In this document: in pieces, positions 57,532-64,000 of the stretch
Numbering within the stretch: position 1 is the first letter of the stretch
Layout of the letters: each line of letters begins with the position of its first letter
Assembly: GCA_050251055.1 (NCBI GenBank)
Contig: JBFWNL010000002.1
Coordinates: 351,961 to 415,960 of the forward strand
Source of the DNA: Bacteriovoracia bacterium
GTDB lineage: Bacteria; Bdellovibrionota; UBA1018; JBFWNL01
Direction of reading: 5' to 3'
DNA length: 64,000 nucleotides
Notes under the pieces: generated by a model
What the model was told of the DNA's origin: nothing
What the model saw: only the letters and a program-made list of their open reading frames with translations
The model's database searches: none
Position numbers and translations under genes: made by a program

Positions 57532-58380
57532 GTGAACCTGCACCGGCTCCGCTACTTTTACGATTCGGCTCGCCTGGGCTCGACCACCGAGGCCGCGCGC
57601 GCGAACTTCATCACCCAGTCGGCGGTCAGCCAGGCCATCCGGGCTTTGGAAGACGACCTAAACGGCCAGCTCATTTACCACCGAAAGAACTCCTTCGAAC
57701 TCACGCCTACCGGTCAGGTCGCCTATCGCGAATGTCAATCCATCTTCGGCGCCATCGACAACTTCCGCGCTACGCTTTCCAAAACCGCCGAAAAAGTTTC
57801 AGGACAGCTGGCCATCGCCGCCACCAACAGCATCGCCCTTACGGCGCTGGCCACGCCGCTCGCGAAGCTAACCCAGAGACACCCGGAGCTATCCTTGCAG
57901 CTAAAGCTAGGGAACTCGGATCAAGTGAAAGATCATCTTCGCCGACGCGAAGCCGAACTAGGCTTCCTGCTCGAAGACGACGACCTATCGGAGTTCGACG
58001 CCACGGCGATTCGCGAGGGCCGCTTCCAGATCGTGGCGTCGCCAAAGTTCAAGGCGAGGCGCCCCCTTGAAGGCGTGATCATCACGCGGCCCCATAAGGT
58101 CGAAGTGCGCCACTTGCAGAAGCAGTTCGAAAAGGCGTTTGGCAAGCCACTCGTTTTTCCGATGGAAGTGTTCAGCTGGGAACTCATCCGCCAACTTTGT
58201 TTGGATGGTGCGGGGCCCGGCTATTTGCCCGATTACCTGATTCGCCAGGAGCTGGCGTCCGGGAAGCTCAAAGTCCTCCACCCTGAGCTAAAACCCTGGA
58301 AGTACAAGCTCCTGGCGATTCGGTTGAAAGGGCGCGTGCCGAGTCGCAACGCCGGGGCACTGCTAGACGCCGTCAGGTAA
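57532..58380 (+). CDS. LysR-family transcriptional regulator
   Basis: N-terminal HTH LHRLRYFYDSARLGSTTEAARANFITQSAVSQAIRALE. LysR substrate-binding domain. GTG start. Confidence 0.8.
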   Translation: MNLHRLRYFYDSARLGSTTEAARANFITQSAVSQAIRALEDDLNGQLIYHRKNSFELTPTGQVAYRECQSIFGAIDNFRATLSKTAEKVSGQLAIAATNSIALTALATPLAKLTQRHPELSLQLKLGNSDQVKDHLRRREAELGFLLEDDDLSEFDATAIREGRFQIVASPKFKARRPLEGVIITRPHKVEVRHLQKQFEKAFGKPLVFPMEVFSWELIRQLCLDGAGPGYLPDYLIRQELASGKLKVLHPELKPWKYKLLAIRLKGRVPSRNAGALLDAVR

Positions 58381-58445
58381 ATTGGGGATTCGTCCACCGC
58401 CTCGACAGTCATGGCACTTTTCGAAACTACAAAGAATCTATCGTC

Positions 58446-58766
58446 ATGGCGGGGCCCCGCTACAACCCCACCCACCGTGGTCTGCTCGGTCCCTTCATCG
58501 CGCTGAAGGCGGGCTATGGCTACGCATCCGGTAACCGCGGCAGCTTCTTCGGGGAAGGAGAGCTCTACACCTGCCAAGAGCTAGTGCTCCAGCCCGAGGG
58601 GGGATACACCTTCCTCCTCGGAAGAAACATCAGTGCAACCGCGGGCGCCGGCTTCATGGCCGTCGTTCCGCTAGCTACCGAAAACCCCGTGGAGTGGAGC
58701 ACGTTGGGCATTCTCGTTCACCGCTTCGTCCCCGTGGTAAACTTCTCGCTCAGTCTAGCGCTCTAA
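58446..58766 (+). CDS. Hypothetical small protein (106 aa)
   Basis: ORF only. Gly-rich. Downstream of lysR. Confidence 0.25.
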   Translation: MAGPRYNPTHRGLLGPFIALKAGYGYASGNRGSFFGEGELYTCQELVLQPEGGYTFLLGRNISATAGAGFMAVVPLATENPVEWSTLGILVHRFVPVVNFSLSLAL

Positions 58767-58897
58767 CTCCGAAACACGCTTCGGCACTTCATGCGCCTAC
58801 GCCGTCCCGCAGATAAGGCGCGCACCCTGCCTACTCCACCGTAAATTCCCCGGCGGCGAACGCGTGGTCGAACTCGAGGCTCTCTTCGCGCCAGCGG

Positions 58898-59110
58898 AGG
58901 AGCCACCACTTCTCAACCCGCCCGCAGAGAACTTCCTGCCCCACCGCCCATCCTGAAAAGTATCTTCGTACGAGGGGGCGTCCCCGGGCCAGGATGGCGC
59001 TGAGGGGTCGAGCGCATGGATGCGCGTCCCCCTCGTACGAAGATACTTTTCAGGATGGGTGGTGGGATGAAAGATTGTTTGTGCGCGGGTTGAGAAGTGG
59101 TGGCTCCTCC
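58898..59110. repeat. Imperfect long inverted repeat (two conserved blocks of ~26 and ~36 nt per arm, ~45-nt central spacer) whose right arm includes the tRNA-Leu 3' end
   Basis: Block 1 plus-strand copy 58898-58923 ggaggagccaccacttctcaacccgc vs revcomp of the second copy ggaggagccccacttctcaacccgc. Block 2 cccatcctgaaaagtatcttcgtacgaggggg (plus-strand copy 58948-58979) vs gtccccctcgtacgaagatacttttcaggatggg (plus 59026-59059, reverse-complement orientation). Confidence 0.75.
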
Positions 59111-59183
59111 GAGACTCGAACTCGGACACCCGTGAGGATACTGGATTTTGAGTCCAGCGCGTCTACCAATTCCACCAAGGAGC
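59100..59183 (-). tRNA. tRNA-Leu (anticodon CAA), type II with long variable arm; CCA not encoded
   Basis: Manually folded: acceptor GGCTCCT/AGGAGCC, D-loop GAATTGGTAGA, anticodon stem CTGGA/TCCAG, loop CTCAAAA, 15-nt variable arm, T-arm CCGAG-TTCGAGT-CTCGG. Confidence 0.85.
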
Positions 59184-59223
59184 CACGACGGATTGCGTCG
59201 AAAATATACTGACTGGATCTTTT

Positions 59224-60252
59224 CTAGCTTAGCCAGCTCCAGCTGAGAAGCTCAAATTTACCGGAAGCGCTCAATTTATAGTCCGCCTGGAGCGGGAGCG
59301 GCGTGTAATTGGGACCATGACCGGCGGGCAATCCTACCGCGACCGGGATACCGAGCCGATCCCCCAAAGCCCCGAAGATTTCCTGAAAAGCCTTGGCCTG
59401 AGCAAACTTCGCCCGGAGGGGCTTGAGCTCGGCCGGCTTGGGATTCTTCAAAGCTCCTTCCACACGCGCCGGTTTCGGTGCCTTAGCGAGGAACATCGGG
59501 CTGCTGTCCCCACAGTCGAGAAAGTCCCCCAGCACGATTGCCCGCACATTGCGGAATCCACGCGCCTGCTCGAGCTGCTGGATCATGCGGTCGATTCGGC
59601 TCACGCTCTCGGCGATGTCTTCCAGAAACAAGATCTTGCCCCGACCGCCTTCGGGCTCATAAACCGGAGCGTACGGCGTACCTAACAGCGAATTCCAAAC
59701 CGCGAGATTGCCACCCACCAGCAGTCCGTCCACGTCCGTCTTGGGTTTTGCGCCGATAAACTTCAGACGCTTGCCTTGCCACGTCGCGGTCTGCGCGCGT
59801 CTTTGTACCCACTCGAGCGCGCACTTCCAGTCGGGCTTTTTCATTAACAGGAAAGATTTCGACGCCGGCATCGGGGCGTGCAAGCAATCCCACCCCCACC
59901 GATCGGCCACGAACGCGTGCAACACCGTTACGTCGGAATAACCCACCAGCAGCTTCCGCCGCGGCTTCCCTTCTTCGGCCGTCCAGCGGTCGAGATACGG
60001 TAGCAGGTGGTTCGCGCCATACCCGCCGCGCGCCGACCAGATCACGTCGAAACGCGAGTCGTGGGCGTAATCAAAAAACGCGCGCGCGCGCTCCTCCGTC
60101 GAGCCGGCGAAAACAAAGTCCCGCTTCTTCACCGCAGGGTGTACGACGGGTTCCACTCCGGAAGCGCGCAGGCGTTCGAGCGCGATCTGGAACTCGACTT
60201 GGGGTACGATCGAAGACGGCGCCACGACGCCGATGGGAAACGGGCGTTTCAA
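59224..60252 (-). CDS. ldcA: LD-carboxypeptidase (peptidase S66, LdcA/MccF-like)
   Basis: N-terminal IGVVAPSS motif, GGYG, and a C-terminal S66 domain. Start chosen at TTG 60252 (TTGA overlap with the engB stop). The track start at 60330 would overlap engB by 82 nt. Confidence 0.65.
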   Translation of the reverse strand: MKRPFPIGVVAPSSIVPQVEFQIALERLRASGVEPVVHPAVKKRDFVFAGSTEERARAFFDYAHDSRFDVIWSARGGYGANHLLPYLDRWTAEEGKPRRKLLVGYSDVTVLHAFVADRWGWDCLHAPMPASKSFLLMKKPDWKCALEWVQRRAQTATWQGKRLKFIGAKPKTDVDGLLVGGNLAVWNSLLGTPYAPVYEPEGGRGKILFLEDIAESVSRIDRMIQQLEQARGFRNVRAIVLGDFLDCGDSSPMFLAKAPKPARVEGALKNPKPAELKPLRAKFAQAKAFQEIFGALGDRLGIPVAVGLPAGHGPNYTPLPLQADYKLSASGKFELLSWSWLS

Positions 60253-60887
60253 ACGGGTTGCTCCAATTCCTTGGATAACAAAAACTGCACGAGATCCCGA
60301 ACTCCCTGCTTCTTTTCGACCGAAATCCAAAAAGTGCGGTGATCCGGGAACCCCAACTTTGCCAACTCGGCGGGCGCCTCCCGAAAGCGCCGCGCGCGTT
60401 CGGATTGCGTTTTCACTTCGTCAAGCTTGGTGAATACAAAAGTAACCTGCGAGGGGCTAAAGTTCAAGGAGCCCAGGAACTCGAGCGCTTCTGCGTCGAG
60501 CTTCGTGGGGCCGTGGCGCGCATCGAGCAGCACCAAAAGCTGCGCCAGCCGGGTATCGGCGCGCAAATACGCTTCGATCAGCTTCGCCCATTCTTCGCGA
60601 TCGGAGGCTTTGCCCTTGGCGAAACCGTAGCCGGGCATGTCCGAAAGAATGCGATTGGCTCCCGTCGCGGTGTCCTTCCACTCGAAGAAATGAATCGCCC
60701 GCGTGCGCCCCGGCGTCTTACTCACCCGCGCGTCGCGACGTCCAAGGAGCGCATTCAACAGCGAACTCTTACCCACGTTCGAGCGGCCCACAAAAGCGAT
60801 GCGCGGAAAACCCAATCCTTGCAGGTACTCGCCCTTGAAAAGCTTGGGCAGCTGCTTGGGATCCGCCAGGGTAATGATGAAAGACAT
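60249..60887 (-). CDS. engB: Ribosome biogenesis GTP-binding protein EngB/YsxC
   Basis: G1 AFVGRSNVGKSS, G3 DMPGYG, G4 TKLD. Start chosen at MSFIITLADP (60887). Confidence 0.8.
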   Translation of the reverse strand: MSFIITLADPKQLPKLFKGEYLQGLGFPRIAFVGRSNVGKSSLLNALLGRRDARVSKTPGRTRAIHFFEWKDTATGANRILSDMPGYGFAKGKASDREEWAKLIEAYLRADTRLAQLLVLLDARHGPTKLDAEALEFLGSLNFSPSQVTFVFTKLDEVKTQSERARRFREAPAELAKLGFPDHRTFWISVEKKQGVRDLVQFLLSKELEQPV

Positions 60888-61026
60888 TCTTCGTTTGTAC
60901 CCTCCCCCGCCCAACGGCGCAACGATTGGATCGGTATTGAACCCGTCGCCCCCGTGAAACCCGTCCTATTTCCCGCCAACCCTGGCGCGTGCCTTGCTCT
61001 AGCGGCCGTCCAGGAGGAATCAAAAC

Positions 61027-62337
61027 ATGTGGAATCTATCGATCTTGGACCCGTCTGGTGAAACCCGTACCGTAAAACTGCCGACCGAAGGCGAAACCGA
61101 AGTCAGCGGTGTACGCCCGAATGGCGAGCGCCCGGCCGGGCACGTGGAGCTGCGCGATCCCACCGCTCGGGCCGTATTGAACCTGCGCATGGAAGAAAAC
61201 GCGGTTTTTTTCCGGGTGGATCCGACATTCCCTCCTGTGAGGGTAGGAGGCCTCGAAGTGTTTCATGGCCGCTGGCCCGAGGAAATTACGCTTCAGCTCG
61301 GGGAAACCAAACTCGTGCTTCAACGCCCCCGTGCGGACCATACCCTCCCCAAACAACCATCGCACCTCGTTCCCTGGCTCACCGACGGCGAGGCCGGCCG
61401 TCAGGTGCTATGGACTTTGAAGAAGACCGCACCCACTTCCCTTTCTATCTACTTCGAGGGCGAGACGGGCACCGGTAAGGAGATCCTCGCCCAGCTCGCG
61501 CATGCCTGGAGCGAGCGCGCCACCGGGCCATTCGTTCCTCTGAACTGCGGGGCGCTCTCCGTTTCGCTCGCCGAAAGCGAGCTTTTCGGCCACGTAAAAG
61601 GAGCCTTCACCGGTGCCGATCGGCAACGCCCGGGCGCGCTGATGCAAGCGCACGGGGGCACGCTCTTTCTAGACGAAGTCGGGGATCTTTCGCCGGAAAT
61701 TCAAGTGAAGCTGCTCCGCTTTTTGGAAAACGGCGAAATTCGGCCCGTCGGCTCCGACAGCTCGCACCGGGCGGATGTGCGGGTCGTATGCGCGACCCAC
61801 AAGCCGCTCGAAAGCTTAGTCGCCGAAGGGAAGTTTCGCCGCGACCTGTACTTTCGCCTAGCCTCTATCACCATAGCGATCCCGGCGCTGCGAGACCGCC
61901 CGGAGGACGTGGAGCTGCTCGCGCGTCGCTTCGCCGATTCGCTCCAACGTGGCATCGCGACGGCGGCGATCTCGCGCCTCCAGGCGCATGCTTGGCCCGG
62001 AAACGTACGCGAACTTCGTCACGCCGTGGAGCGCGCCTGCGGAATGGCCGGCCCTTTCCAGAGCATCTTGCAGGATGCGGATTTTCAGTTCCTGCTCACG
62101 CCACGTAACGTGGCCGCCCGCCCGGAGGTGGAGCTCGGCGCCGCCGTGCTCACCTTGAAGGAGATGGAGAGGGTGATGCTGCTCAAAGCCCTCCGCATCA
62201 GTCGCGGCAACCGAGCCAAAGCGGCGCGGACCCTCGGGATCGCGCGCAGCACGCTCTTCGAAATGCTCAAGCGGCACCGGATCATGGGACCGAAATACGA
62301 AGAGCTGCAAGCCGCGGGAATGCGGGGAGTGGCCTAA
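61027..62337 (+). CDS. Sigma-54-dependent transcriptional activator with N-terminal FHA-like domain and C-terminal Fis-type HTH
   Basis: AAA+ sigma54-activation domain (GETGTGKE Walker A, GAFTGA-like GAFTGADRQRPG, DEVGDL, arginine finger RRDLYFRL). C-terminal HTH RAKAARTLGIARSTLFEMLKRH. Confidence 0.8.
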   Translation: MWNLSILDPSGETRTVKLPTEGETEVSGVRPNGERPAGHVELRDPTARAVLNLRMEENAVFFRVDPTFPPVRVGGLEVFHGRWPEEITLQLGETKLVLQRPRADHTLPKQPSHLVPWLTDGEAGRQVLWTLKKTAPTSLSIYFEGETGTGKEILAQLAHAWSERATGPFVPLNCGALSVSLAESELFGHVKGAFTGADRQRPGALMQAHGGTLFLDEVGDLSPEIQVKLLRFLENGEIRPVGSDSSHRADVRVVCATHKPLESLVAEGKFRRDLYFRLASITIAIPALRDRPEDVELLARRFADSLQRGIATAAISRLQAHAWPGNVRELRHAVERACGMAGPFQSILQDADFQFLLTPRNVAARPEVELGAAVLTLKEMERVMLLKALRISRGNRAKAARTLGIARSTLFEMLKRHRIMGPKYEELQAAGMRGVA

Positions 62338-62347
62338 CGGGGGGCCC

Positions 62348-62956
62348 TTACCCAATGATGACGTTGGAGAAATACACGCGACGGATCTTCCCACCGGGCA
62401 GCCAGGAGTTCAGCTTCTGCAGAATCTTCGCTTTGAGCTTCTGCTTGCCTAAGATGGTCATCAGGTCCGCCTGCTCAAGCGCGGTGAATGCGGTAGCGAC
62501 CTGGTCGCGGGCCTGGGTCAAGTGATTCTCGACGTAAGTGCAAGCGGACTTTTCTTCGCACTCGATCACGATCACGATCTCCGCCATGTTGACGATGCCG
62601 GGAGCGGGCCTACCCGCCCCTTCCGGCGGCGTCACTTCCACCAGAAACTTCCCCATCTCGAAAGTGTGGATGCGATGCTCGGCAGCTTCTTTTTGCTTGT
62701 TGAGGAATTTTCCGAGCTGCTCGCCGTGCTTTTCGCCCTTGGAACGACTCAGAATTAAGTGCGTCGCCACCGCCGTCGTCGCCAGAGCACCCACGAGGCT
62801 TAACACAAAAAAAACCGACATTTTTCGGGTAGCGCGATCCTTCGAGCCTAATCCCTTAAAGAGATCAGTGACGGTTTCCCGAATGCTTCCGAGCCTTTTC
62901 TTCAAATTTCCGCCGCCGGACGGTGCGGCGGGAGGGGTGTCTTTTTTCTCGGACAT
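62348..62956 (-). CDS. fliL: FliL-like flagellar basal-body-associated protein
   Basis: Single transmembrane helix, then the FliL pattern ending ILGKQKLKAKILQKLNSWLPGGKIRRVYFSNVIIG. Confidence 0.55.
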   Translation of the reverse strand: MSEKKDTPPAAPSGGGNLKKRLGSIRETVTDLFKGLGSKDRATRKMSVFFVLSLVGALATTAVATHLILSRSKGEKHGEQLGKFLNKQKEAAEHRIHTFEMGKFLVEVTPPEGAGRPAPGIVNMAEIVIVIECEEKSACTYVENHLTQARDQVATAFTALEQADLMTILGKQKLKAKILQKLNSWLPGGKIRRVYFSNVIIG

Positions 62957-63008
62957 AGGCCTACATATAGACTAACCAAAAAGCCGCCGCGCTGCTACAG
63001 TAGAAAAA

Positions 63009-64000
63009 TGCTTCGCTCCCCTATATCGACCGTTTGGCTCCTGAGCCTGGCCTGCGCCTCCGTGGCGATGACGACGGGCGCTTGGGCCGATTCGGTCACC
63101 CGTTGCGCATTGGATATCGGTTCGGGCGAAACGAAGGCCGCCGCCGCGACCGTCCGCACGGAAGGCGACAAAGTCGTCGTGGAAAAAGCGATCTTCTCCA
63201 AAGTGGCCATCGTCCCCATTCGGGATGAGATCGACAAGCAGGGCACGCTCTCGGATAAGGCCATCCGCCAGCTGATGAAGCAGGTACAGGCGTATAAGCA
63301 GGAGTGCATTGCCGCCGGAGCGACCCAATTCGCCGGCGTCGCCACGGCGGGGTTTCGGGCGGCGACGAAGAACGGAGCCAAGGCCCTCGCCCAAATTGCC
63401 AAAAAAACCGGATTCCAATTGCGCATTTTGGACGGCGCCGAAGAGGCCCAACTGGGCCTGCTTACCGCCACCACGGCCTTAGGCCAAACGGATAGCCCCA
63501 TGGTCGTTTGGGATCTGGGCGGCGGCAGCATGCAATTCGCAACTAAGGCCGCCGTGATCTCCATTCCGGTCGGCGGCGGAGCTTTCCGTGACGAGATGCT
63601 CGAACGCTTTCGCCGGAAACCGGGCAAATCGCTCAATCCGCTTTCGAGCGGGGAAATGAAGCAAGCGGTGGACACCGCCCGACACCACGCGGCCGGCGTG
63701 CCCGAGAGCATTCGCAATACCATCAAGCTTCCCAATGCGATGGTCGTCGGAATCGGCGGAATCCATATCGAGTCGATCGGCAAACAGGCCAAAGCCGTCG
63801 ACGACGGTAAACACACGAGCTACACGCTGGCGGCCGCCCAGGCCGCGCGGGCCAGTGTCGTGGGTAAGGACGACGCCTGGTTTAAGAGCACTTACCCCGG
63901 CAATAAGTACCCACAGAATCAAGCAAGCAACCTGGCGATGGTTACCGGTGTGATGGAAGCCTTGGGCATCCAACGAGTGACGCTGGTTCGCATGAACCTG
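63009..64000 (+). CDS. Ppx/GppA-family phosphatase-like protein with signal peptide, partial: runs past the window end
   Basis: Open-ended ORF read manually. ALDIGSGETKAAAATV and WDLGGGSMQF resemble the ASKHA/Ppx-GppA phosphate-binding motifs. N-terminal signal peptide MLRSPISTVWLLSLACASVAMTTGAWA. Confidence 0.45.

Noticed and set aside
58797-59212. Track ORFs 58797-59129 (-) and 58994-59212 (+) sharing PSYEDTFQDG...RGLRSGGSS
   Set aside because: Their similarity is a translation artefact of the inverted repeat, and they overlap the tRNA-Leu gene. Unlikely to be coding.
1-64000. CRISPR arrays, IS elements, integrases, phage genes
   Set aside because: No regularly spaced short direct repeats, transposase/integrase-like ORFs or phage structural genes were seen on either strand.

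Overview
High-GC (~62%) Gram-negative chromosomal segment, densely coded on both strands, with no obvious prophage, IS element or CRISPR array. Track ORFs were re-examined for start position, and open-ended ORFs at both window edges (absent from the track) were added.

Housekeeping genes: tmk-holB, aspS, glpD, uvrB, ftsK, a CCA-adding enzyme, engB, ldcA, epmA, gloB, a tRNA-Leu(CAA), and an Mla-like lipid-transport locus with two ATPases, two permeases and one MCE protein.

Accessory-looking regions:
- 39.3-52.3 kb: a cluster of large secreted proteins sharing dockerin-like Ca-binding repeats. Two or three of them carry type IV pilin-like N-terminal helices, with two bona fide prepilins, a beta-helix giant protein, an HTH regulator and an array of GTATTCC repeats.
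- 32.6-36.9 kb: two small ORFs with near-identical 5' ends (M[WI][FY]GIKN), strong Shine-Dalgarno sites and their own sigma70-like promoter, lying between a GNAT gene and an rluA-ABC-ABC exporter operon.
- 58.9-59.1 kb: an imperfect ~85-bp inverted repeat that copies the 3' end of the adjacent tRNA-Leu.
- 15.2-18.3 kb: a pentapeptide-repeat/HExxH lipoprotein operon of unknown function.

All functional calls rest on motif recognition from the translations, not on database searches.
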